DNA of 64,000 nucleotides from a virus (taxonomy: Duplodnaviria > Caudoviricetes). The notes beneath the pieces are model-generated. The model saw only the letters and a list, made by a program, of their open reading frames with translations. It did not search any database and was not told the origin of the DNA. The stretch's first letter is position 1, and the number at the start of each line of letters is the position of its first letter. The stretch lies in IMG/VR virus record IMGVR_UViG_3300021387_000688. One strand, written 5' to 3'. Both the position numbers and the translations under genes were made by a program. Below, piece by piece: positions 56,136 to 64,000 of the stretch.

Positions 56136-57587
56136 ATGAGCGAAGAAATAACTAAACAGGAAACTCCCCCTGAAGAACAAGTAGAAAAAACAGAAGTTAA
56201 AAAAATAAAAATAAAGAAATATAAGGATCAATCTGGTCAACTTGTTAAACCTGAAGCTCTCACAATCAAAAAAGTAACTACAAAAAAGGATGATGAAGGA
56301 AAGGAAACTTCAAAGACTGAGATTTTACCTTATGAAAACCCTACATTAAGTTTAGATACTACTTCACTCACTATAACTTCTGAGATACCTACATTATATA
56401 CTTCTCCTGAGCTTTCACTCGTTTCTAATGAACTAAACTCCTTTCAATCTCTTTTACCTGCAAATTCTATAAAGACTGAATCTTGGGATTGGGTAAAAAG
56501 TATGAGGGGTACAGACAATAATTGGTTAACAAATTTTGAAAAAGGGTGGAAAACATATTCTTTTGGTATACTAGATAATGCCGTGGAGGAATTTTCAAAA
56601 GGTACTCGATTATTAGCAGATGGCTTCGATGTTTCTAAATACCTTTGGGAAGATCTTTCTAAAGAACTTTCCAGGGAATTTGAAAGTTGGAAAAATCTTT
56701 TTACCGATTGGGATAATAATTATTGGAATGCTAACAATTGGTTAGGTGTAGTCGGAATCAATAAAGGTAAAAGTGATATAATGAAAGAAGCGCAGTACGA
56801 ATATTATATGACTGCGCAAAGAGATTTTGATTCCCCTGAATTAAAAGAAGAACTTGATAAAAAATTAGCTAAAAAATATACTACTGAAAAATTAGAAGAT
56901 TTAATTCCTAACAGCATGTATAATATCTTCTCTGATATTATGATGGATCCTGATGCAGAATTACAATATTTTATTGCATGGATATCTAGATCTAGAGAAG
57001 AGACTCCTATTAAAATATCAAAAGGAGGGCAAGAAGCAAAAGATGGAAAAAATGCAAATTATTTCTTTTATTTAAATGATATTGATTTTGCACCAGCCAC
57101 GAAATCTACTTCTACATTAAATTATGGGGGTATGGAAATTCAAGTATTCACAAACCACGTAGAAGGAAAGAATATAGGTAAGTTCAGTATGTTAGGGGAC
57201 TTAGGATTAAGTTTTTACAACTATGTGTTGAAAAACGGGTTAGGATATAATACAGAAAAAGGAACTTATTCTGATGTCATTGATACTAGAAAGTTTAGTA
57301 ATAGTAGTGAAGAATCTTCTTATGCAGTTAGAACAAAAGTAAAAGCGGAAGAAGAAACAAGTGCGCCTAAAGATTCTGGATTAGATTTGCACGTTATGAT
57401 TCCTGGTTGGTACCGTGACTCTACTAAAACATTTTACGTAAACCATTTTATTTTAAGGTCTATTAAGTTTACTAATATCAGTAATTTAGGATTTAGCCAG
57501 GAAGCTAAACAAATGGTACATTCTGTAGAATTTGATTATCTTAAAGCTTTATGGATTCATAACAGGCCTTTGACTTTTAAAGGCTAG
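56136..57587 (+). CDS. Structural protein with a tail-tube-like (gp19/gp54-like) C-terminal region
   Basis: LNYGG...FSMLGD...FILRSIKFTNISNLGFSQE...SVEFDY pattern; ACTAAATA 4 nt before ATG. Confidence 0.4.
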   Translation: MSEEITKQETPPEEQVEKTEVKKIKIKKYKDQSGQLVKPEALTIKKVTTKKDDEGKETSKTEILPYENPTLSLDTTSLTITSEIPTLYTSPELSLVSNELNSFQSLLPANSIKTESWDWVKSMRGTDNNWLTNFEKGWKTYSFGILDNAVEEFSKGTRLLADGFDVSKYLWEDLSKELSREFESWKNLFTDWDNNYWNANNWLGVVGINKGKSDIMKEAQYEYYMTAQRDFDSPELKEELDKKLAKKYTTEKLEDLIPNSMYNIFSDIMMDPDAELQYFIAWISRSREETPIKISKGGQEAKDGKNANYFFYLNDIDFAPATKSTSTLNYGGMEIQVFTNHVEGKNIGKFSMLGDLGLSFYNYVLKNGLGYNTEKGTYSDVIDTRKFSNSSEESSYAVRTKVKAEEETSAPKDSGLDLHVMIPGWYRDSTKTFYVNHFILRSIKFTNISNLGFSQEAKQMVHSVEFDYLKALWIHNRPLTFKG

Positions 57588-59142
57588 TATAAGTAGCTGA
57601 TTTATTATCCTGTTGAGGTTTTTCTCCCTTAAATGCATTAACCATACTATTGTAAGATTTAGATACTTGTGTGGCATTAGATTTAATATTCTTAACAGAA
57701 GTAATTACATCATTTACTTTACCCCTAATTTCTGCAGGAACAGCATTGGAATATAATTTATGAGGATCAGTAAACATATCTGTAAAGTCTGACCAGGCCC
57801 CTCCAATATCTCCAAGATAACTGTTTGGATCAGACCACTTATTCTTTAAGTCTTCTACTTGTTCTGTCAAATCATTTTTCAAGTGATCAATAGCTTCTTT
57901 CCATGCATTTCCAGTTTCCCCAAATTCAATAGCAGTAGCTTCTACTGCACCGAATGTACTGGACAAACCTGCAAGGGTTGCATTAATTTGGTTTACAAGA
58001 TCAACAGAGGTTGCAGAAATACAATCGAAGTTTAATAAAGACCATAAGTATAATAATAACATTGCTACAATTTGGAATATAATAGCAGATACCCTTTGCA
58101 AACAATAAGAAATCAAAGAAGCTAGACATGGAGGGTTAATCCAACACAATTGAGCATCCTTTGCAATTGCAGCAGCTGCTTTTGCAATATTCAACATAGT
58201 AACAAATACTTGTATTAATATTTTTATAATCTTCAAAACGATTAAGATAATTCTCAACCAACTTAATTCAAGTTCTGGACAATCTGGGTTTGCATTAGCT
58301 CCAGGAGGTAAAGAATTGTCAAAATCCTCTTCTCCCTCTTCTGTACTATCTCCTAGATCTAGATCTACTTTTGCATATAAAGTAATATCCTTTCCTTTGA
58401 AGTGAAGTTTATTGTTAGTTAATTTTGTGTTGTAAGCTTCATCAAAATACCATCCTTTAAACTTGTAATTATTATTAGTAATTTGGAGAATGGCAATATT
58501 TTTAGGGCATTCATCTTTTGTATAAGTAGTAGGGTTACTAGAAGGGTTAGTACCTATTGCATTATCAAACACATAGGTAATGTTATAAGTTTTCTTAGAA
58601 GGGTCTTCTGGAGTAGTAGTGTTTGCACCTGAATCATCTTTTTCAACTTCATCCGGATTGTACTCAACTTCTACTTCTTCCATAAGAGGATCTTCTTCAT
58701 CTTCCTCTTCGATATCGAATTCATCTTTTTTACCAAGAGGAGACACTCCCTCGCAATTTAATTTAAAAGGTTTATTAAAAACATCGTCTCCATCGTCTGG
58801 ATCTTCAATGAAAGGTGTTAATTGACCGGCTTCAATAGAAAGGCCTTGATTTTCAACCAAACCAATTAAAGGGTTTTTATTGTAGAGTCTTTCAAGATTA
58901 TCTAAAGCAGATTGTAAACCTTCTACTGTAGGAATATCAATACTTGTAAGATTATCATCAGGTTCAATACCTAAAGACTCATAAGCATTTAATATCCTAT
59001 TTTTAACTCCACCTAATATTTCATTGAATTGGGATTCCAATTGAGTGTTTGAAGTAGGGTTTAAGTTATCAGTTGCTATTAAATTATAATCTGTAGCTGT
59101 ATATTTGTCATATACCCTTTTGGTTACCTTTCTAACGATCAT
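57577..59142 (-). CDS. Protein with an InlB-B/Listeria-Bacteroides-type repeat and hydrophobic helices
   Basis: YNITY...NPTTYT...YKFKGWYFD...DITLYAK; two long hydrophobic segments. Confidence 0.6.
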   Translation of the reverse strand: MIVRKVTKRVYDKYTATDYNLIATDNLNPTSNTQLESQFNEILGGVKNRILNAYESLGIEPDDNLTSIDIPTVEGLQSALDNLERLYNKNPLIGLVENQGLSIEAGQLTPFIEDPDDGDDVFNKPFKLNCEGVSPLGKKDEFDIEEEDEEDPLMEEVEVEYNPDEVEKDDSGANTTTPEDPSKKTYNITYVFDNAIGTNPSSNPTTYTKDECPKNIAILQITNNNYKFKGWYFDEAYNTKLTNNKLHFKGKDITLYAKVDLDLGDSTEEGEEDFDNSLPPGANANPDCPELELSWLRIILIVLKIIKILIQVFVTMLNIAKAAAAIAKDAQLCWINPPCLASLISYCLQRVSAIIFQIVAMLLLYLWSLLNFDCISATSVDLVNQINATLAGLSSTFGAVEATAIEFGETGNAWKEAIDHLKNDLTEQVEDLKNKWSDPNSYLGDIGGAWSDFTDMFTDPHKLYSNAVPAEIRGKVNDVITSVKNIKSNATQVSKSYNSMVNAFKGEKPQQDNKSATYTSL

Positions 59143-59202
59143 TGTATTTTCAATTAGTCGATATCCTAGTTTTAAAATACGGGTTAAGCACTAATATAAG
59201 AT

Positions 59203-59643
59203 ATGAGCGAGCAAAATAAAATATTTGAAAAAGAAACGAGGATATATAAACATTACATAAATTCAGTGGAGAGGGACGCGGCATCTATTGATTTTATCAA
59301 AACCTTGTTCAAACTAGAACTTATCAATATGGACAAAACAGAAGAACAAGATTTAGTCCAATTGTATAACATTGTTGGTTTCGATGCATTCTTTGAAATG
59401 ATTGCATTGTTTAATTCTAAACCTATCAAGCTTCCAAGAGCAGATAAAATTAAAAAACTTTTAATAGTTGCGATTGCATATTACCATGTAGTTATGTTAG
59501 GCATTCCTCCAAAAGAAGTTGGAAAGATTTTAACAGACAAGCTTGGGGCATGCAATCTTAAACAAAAGAGTGTTAAAGCAATTGTTAATAAGTTACAGAA
59601 AGAATTGGAAGAGTTAGGATCTAAATACCGTAGAGAGGCATAA
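59203..59643 (+). CDS. Hypothetical protein
   Basis: ORF with a leaderless-type upstream motif. Confidence 0.6.
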   Translation: MSEQNKIFEKETRIYKHYINSVERDAASIDFIKTLFKLELINMDKTEEQDLVQLYNIVGFDAFFEMIALFNSKPIKLPRADKIKKLLIVAIAYYHVVMLGIPPKEVGKILTDKLGACNLKQKSVKAIVNKLQKELEELGSKYRREA

Positions 59644-59644
59644 G

Positions 59645-60217
59645 ATGAGTGAGAATTTGATAAACGATGAAAATCAATTGGACTTAGCAACTCGTGCTCT
59701 TGCCACTATGGAAAAACAAGAACAAAAATCTGAAACATCAATGGAGCGCCTAGAAAACACTTTGATAGATTTTACCAAAGAATCTATGGCCCTTACTATA
59801 AAAAGTAACCATCTAACGGATGTATTGGAAAACGATTTTGCTAAAGGCGTGGAAGATGGTTCTTTATCTAATACAGAAAAGATAACAATTTACAATATTA
59901 AGAAATCAGCAGACAATGATAGGTTGTTTAAGATTATGTCAACTTCATTTGGAGTTATTAGTAATAAACAACAAGCTGAAATTCAAGCCGCTGCAAGAAG
60001 AGATGAGCAAGTTGCAAATCAAACACAAATCAACATTCATACAGGTAATACTAAAGATGCTGAAATAGCTTCTTCTGTGTCCGCCGCTGTAGTAAACGGT
60101 TCTAATGCTTTTAGTGGATTGTTAGCCGCTTTAGAGGATAGAGCTAAAAGAAGAGAAGCAGAAAAACAAAATGCCACTACAGTAGAAGTTGAAGTAAAAG
60201 ATGAAGAAAATGAATAA
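59645..60217 (+). CDS. Hypothetical helical protein
   Basis: GAGG SD; operon context. Confidence 0.6.
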   Translation: MSENLINDENQLDLATRALATMEKQEQKSETSMERLENTLIDFTKESMALTIKSNHLTDVLENDFAKGVEDGSLSNTEKITIYNIKKSADNDRLFKIMSTSFGVISNKQQAEIQAAARRDEQVANQTQINIHTGNTKDAEIASSVSAAVVNGSNAFSGLLAALEDRAKRREAEKQNATTVEVEVKDEENE

Positions 60218-60295
60218 AAATTAAAAGCCATTTAGGATACTCCTTCTATATTGTTCAACAAGATGCAGCACAAGCTGCGAAAAGGAGAAAAATAA

Positions 60296-62422
60296 ATGGC
60301 TTTTAGTTTGAACAAAAAAGCGAACCAAGCCGTTTCATCAGAATCAGTATGGAGAGTAGACCATATTGTTGGAAACGAGTTTGTAACCGTCGTTCTCGAT
60401 TTACCTATTCGAGAAATGTCTAGTCTTGATAAAGAAATCCTAAAATATCTAGAAAGTATTTTATCTAAAGCAGGAATTGCTTCTTATGTAATTACTTCTG
60501 CGCTTTCTAAATATCCTAACGAAAAAGAGCTTAAAAAAGGTCTTACAGATTATTACATCAATCACAATTCGGGTTGGTTTGAACAGATTGTTAAACCTGC
60601 AAGAGAAAAAGGAATGACGGCAGATGTTATTGTAGCATTCGGTCCAGCCTTATATCAAATTACAAAAACAGCAACAGACTTCACAGTAGATGATTTAATC
60701 TATCCTGCATTTGAAAATTATGTTTATGTAGGACACGGATATGTAGGAGATTATGATGCATTTATATTCCCGCAGTATCCAATTCAGGAAGTTTTCGTTC
60801 CAGGACTTCAAGATGGAGTTGAACAAGTAGAACTTGGTTGTTGGAAAATGAATTTCATGGTTTCTGTATTTAAGAAAATTGCAGCTCGTAAATATCAGTT
60901 ACCGGACGACATGGGTCCAGTTGAATTAAGAGAGATTGGGGAGAATTACGATACAGATAAAGAAGGTGCAGTAAAAGAAACTGAAGAGTTTTTGAAAACA
61001 CATTTCAATGAAGATGTATGCGCATTCGACTTGGAAACATCTGGTTTCAATGCATGGAAATGTAAGATTAGATGTATTACACTTTCATTTGATGGTAACG
61101 TAGGTTATTATTTGGAATGGAAGATTTTCAAAGAAAATCCTTATTTAATTGATTTACTTTCTGAAATGATGTTAACTGCTAAGCATCGTGTAACAGTTAA
61201 TGGAAAGTTCGATATTAAGTTCCTTTGGGTTAATGGCTTAAGTTTGGATGTAAATGTAAACGAAGATGCAATGACATTGAGCCATGTATTATGTTCTGGA
61301 AGACATAAAGGTTTGAAAACGAATGCATTCTTCTGGACCCCATATGGTGGTTACGATCACAAACTTGATGAGTATCGTGATAACTTGAAAAAGAAAGGAA
61401 TTAAGGACCCATCATTCTATGATATTCCAAAAATAATTCTTAGACCATATGCGACTATGGATGCTATCATAACAGTTCGTATTTGGAGAGCAGGTCTTAA
61501 ACGTATTCAGAAATTCGATTTTGAATATCCTACAGAATATCCAATCGAGTATACAGGCGGACATGCATATGGTGCTTATGAATGGTACCAGAACGTTATG
61601 CAGATTTATCCAATCATTTGTAGAATGGAATATGATGGCATGTATGTAGATGAAGAAATCATCGAAATGCATAGAAACATTTTCAGAAGAAAGATTGATG
61701 AAGCTCGTAAAGAGTTGAGTAAGATTTTTGGAACACCTTATGATTTCAAATATGGTTCAGCTGCAGCTTTAGGAAGACTTTTGGAAGAAAAAGGTTGGCC
61801 ATGTCATGGTAGAGCCAAAGATGGTTCATATGAAACATCGGATGATTGTTTCGTAGAATGGACAAGAGATGGTATGCCAGGAGTTAAATGGCTTAAGAAG
61901 TTCCGTGTAGCAAATACATGTTTGAGATCTTATCTTGGAGTAACTGAAAAGACAGTAGATCAGAAAAGAGGAACAATTAAAGTTGAACAAACTGGTTGGC
62001 CTCAGTATTGGGTAAAACATCCAGATGGAAGTACTCGTATTCATTGTAACTTTACAGTATGTGGAACAGAAACTTTCCGTATGATTTCTCGTGAACCAAA
62101 CTTGCAGAATGTGCCAACTCATTCACAGGAAGGTTCTATTACAAAGATGTCATTTACAGTTCCTCCTGCAGCCGCTGCAACTATTACAGATGAAAATGGA
62201 AAGAAGTGGTGGATTACAGAGTTAGGAATTATTAATACAGAACGTGGTTATGTAGCAATGAAGGCTTTGACAGAAGACGATACTATTGTAGATATCGGAG
62301 AAGAAACTACTTTGGAATTTGATGAATGGATGGCTAAAGGAATTAAGCCAATTGGAATGGAAACAATGTTAGGTAAACACAATCAAATTCTTGAAGGAAA
62401 GTTTGTATTACAGGAGGAATAA
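60296..62422 (+). CDS. polA: Family A DNA polymerase piece 1: UDG-like domain, 3'-5' exonuclease, thumb, then a half-Hint-like tail
   Basis: DVIVAFG; FDLETSG, NGKFD, YATMDA; RIHCNF..CGTETFRMISREPNLQNVP; ends before motif A. Confidence 0.9.
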   Translation: MAFSLNKKANQAVSSESVWRVDHIVGNEFVTVVLDLPIREMSSLDKEILKYLESILSKAGIASYVITSALSKYPNEKELKKGLTDYYINHNSGWFEQIVKPAREKGMTADVIVAFGPALYQITKTATDFTVDDLIYPAFENYVYVGHGYVGDYDAFIFPQYPIQEVFVPGLQDGVEQVELGCWKMNFMVSVFKKIAARKYQLPDDMGPVELREIGENYDTDKEGAVKETEEFLKTHFNEDVCAFDLETSGFNAWKCKIRCITLSFDGNVGYYLEWKIFKENPYLIDLLSEMMLTAKHRVTVNGKFDIKFLWVNGLSLDVNVNEDAMTLSHVLCSGRHKGLKTNAFFWTPYGGYDHKLDEYRDNLKKKGIKDPSFYDIPKIILRPYATMDAIITVRIWRAGLKRIQKFDFEYPTEYPIEYTGGHAYGAYEWYQNVMQIYPIICRMEYDGMYVDEEIIEMHRNIFRRKIDEARKELSKIFGTPYDFKYGSAAALGRLLEEKGWPCHGRAKDGSYETSDDCFVEWTRDGMPGVKWLKKFRVANTCLRSYLGVTEKTVDQKRGTIKVEQTGWPQYWVKHPDGSTRIHCNFTVCGTETFRMISREPNLQNVPTHSQEGSITKMSFTVPPAAAATITDENGKKWWITELGIINTERGYVAMKALTEDDTIVDIGEETTLEFDEWMAKGIKPIGMETMLGKHNQILEGKFVLQEE

Positions 62423-62425
62423 AAG

Positions 62426-63388
62426 ATGTTAAAGATTACTAAAAGATCTGCTACAATAGATGATTTTTTGAAAATGAAAAAGAAAGAGCCATTTGCAACA
62501 TGGCGACAGACATCTAAGCTTGAAAACTTCGGTTTGATGTTCGGTGCACAGTATTCAACATTCGCCCACATTCTTCAGACAGCAGAACCACCTTTTACAA
62601 TTGAAGATTGTAAAAACTATATCAAACTTGCACATGCAGAAGATGTTTATAATGAAATGTTGATGAAGGCTCAGAAAGGAAGACACCGTCTTTATGAAAT
62701 GAGACCTAATGTAGAATGTTGGTATTATGCAACAGCAAAAGTAATGCGTGAAGCATTCTTGAATGGATATAGTGGATTGAAAGAACGTATTGAACGTGAA
62801 CATAAGTTTGCTATTAAACATTACTATACAAGAAACTGGTATGGTTCTGTAAGATGGTACCCTGAGTTAGCTTATATGAATATTGATCCAATTGAGAAAA
62901 CATTGAAGGGTGCAGATAAAAAGTATTTTGCATATATCTTCTCTCATTTAATGAACAACGCCGCAAACGGTCCTGTACAGAGTGGAGAGACGGTATTTAT
63001 TTACAATGGTTGGATTCATGCAAATAAAAAGATGAAGGAATGGGATTTAAGATCTCAGATTTGTAATACAATTCATGACTCTTTGGATGCATATTTGTGG
63101 AAGCCAGAAAAAGAATTAATGAAGGCTTTGATTAATGCAAGTGTACATGATAAGATTCGTTATCCTCATGAAAATGTATTCCACTTCATGGAACCTGAAA
63201 TCTCTGACATTAGAGATTATGAACATATTACAGGTTATAAAGAAGGGGAGTTTACAGGAGATGAAAAGATCTTAGGACACTTCTATAAACATGGTGAAGA
63301 AGAGAAAGCAGCCCCAATTGCAGATGCTCTTAAAGCTTATAATGAAACTTGGGGAACCAATTGGGAATGGACATTGCCATTAATTTAA
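62426..63388 (+). CDS. polA: Family A DNA polymerase piece 3: motifs B and C
   Basis: RQTSKLENFGLMFG (B), AANGPVQS, TIHDSL (C); own SD GGAGG. Confidence 0.9.
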   Translation: MLKITKRSATIDDFLKMKKKEPFATWRQTSKLENFGLMFGAQYSTFAHILQTAEPPFTIEDCKNYIKLAHAEDVYNEMLMKAQKGRHRLYEMRPNVECWYYATAKVMREAFLNGYSGLKERIEREHKFAIKHYYTRNWYGSVRWYPELAYMNIDPIEKTLKGADKKYFAYIFSHLMNNAANGPVQSGETVFIYNGWIHANKKMKEWDLRSQICNTIHDSLDAYLWKPEKELMKALINASVHDKIRYPHENVFHFMEPEISDIRDYEHITGYKEGEFTGDEKILGHFYKHGEEEKAAPIADALKAYNETWGTNWEWTLPLI

Positions 63389-63398
63389 GGAGAATAAT

Positions 63399-63785
63399 AT
63401 GAGTTGTAAAATTGAAATAGATCCATTTAATAAAAAAGCAGGTAAGTTATGTTATTTGTTAATGACTCAGGATGCTGCGTCATTGGAGGCTCGTGTATGC
63501 ACAAGTGATACTGTTCTTAATAAGAATGGTATTGATAAAGTTTTGTTCTCGGTATATGATCCAGTACATGGAAATAACGACTTACATAGTACTACAAGTT
63601 TCGCTACATTCGGTTCATCTGTAAACTTACAGATTAATGAAATAGTAGACGATAACGGAAAAACATGGTTGTGTTTGGATGACCAGTCTATTGTAATTAA
63701 AAGAGATGGCCAGCAGATCACGGTTTTAGGAAAAGAATTAAAAGAAACAGATGAAATTGTTGGTTATGTAGAGGATGTAGCTTAA
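63399..63785 (+). CDS. polA: Family A DNA polymerase piece 2: motif A, then a half-Hint-like tail
   Basis: LMTQDAASLEARV (A) and DLHSTTS; own SD AAGGAG. Confidence 0.85.
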   Translation: MSCKIEIDPFNKKAGKLCYLLMTQDAASLEARVCTSDTVLNKNGIDKVLFSVYDPVHGNNDLHSTTSFATFGSSVNLQINEIVDDNGKTWLCLDDQSIVIKRDGQQITVLGKELKETDEIVGYVEDVA

Positions 63786-64000
63786 AAATTAAATCCGTAA
63801 GGAGTCATTCTTTTAGCTTGTTGCTTTTTCACTTGGTTGAACGCTTTTAAAGTTTGACTAAGTGTAGGCACAACATTATATTCTATCTCATTTGTAAATT
63901 CAATTGGTTTACATTTTGTAGGACTAACATAAGTTATGTGACCATCTTTAAGGTAAGCCAACAACATGGAACAATTTATGTTAGGACAAATTGAAGGCAA
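63782..64000 (-). CDS. 3' end of a hypothetical protein entering from outside the window
   Basis: Open frame to the window edge; convergent with polymerase piece 2. Confidence 0.45.
   Translation of the reverse strand: MPSICPNINCSMLLAYLKDGHITYVSPTKCKPIEFTNEIEYNVVPTLSQTLKAFNQVKKQQAKRMTPYGFNF

Noticed and set aside
62168-63785. Active split inteins in the polymerase
   Set aside because: There is no block A nucleophile at the junctions, no TxxH and no HN-[C/S/T] C-terminal junction. Kept only as degenerate Hint-like modules.
1-64000. Alternative genetic code (stop-codon reassignment)
   Set aside because: Long genes are intact in the standard code, and TAG and TGA end normal genes. The nadD TGA also needs a frame change, so readthrough alone would not repair it.

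Overview
AT-rich, densely coding segment of a large tailed (jumbo, T4-like/myovirus-type) bacteriophage read in the standard genetic code. Its host is most likely a Treponema-like spirochaete, because it carries a Treponema-type flagellin FlaB, a FlaA sheath protein and BspA-type LRR proteins. Structural genes: gp6-like baseplate wedge, HxH tail-fibre-like protein, a 3289-aa virion protein, a tail-tube-fold protein. Other genes: a Cas4/RecB-like nuclease, HNH and PD-(D/E)XK endonucleases, FolE and a QueC-like protein, and many small early-type ORFs. Most notable observations: (1) nadD is interrupted inside its GGTFDP motif by a 7-nt gap (ACT-TGA-A-ACG) directly after a perfect 19-bp hairpin and sits right behind a free-standing endonuclease, a candidate ribosomal-bypass/homing cassette reminiscent of T4 gene 60/mobA; (2) a complete pncA-pncB-nadD-nadE + Nudix NAD+ rebuilding pathway unlike NARP1/NARP2; (3) a family-A DNA polymerase split into three genes in scrambled order, two of them ending in related degenerate half-Hint tails; (4) a phage FlaB/FlaA module with a sigma28 promoter and CsrA-type hairpins; (5) small RNAs carrying an anti-Shine-Dalgarno module complementary to the phage's own early-gene RBS, while structural genes look leaderless; (6) a cluster of unassigned structured RNAs including an anticodon-less tRNA-like element with alanine identity elements. 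All calls were made by eye from motifs; no database searches were run.
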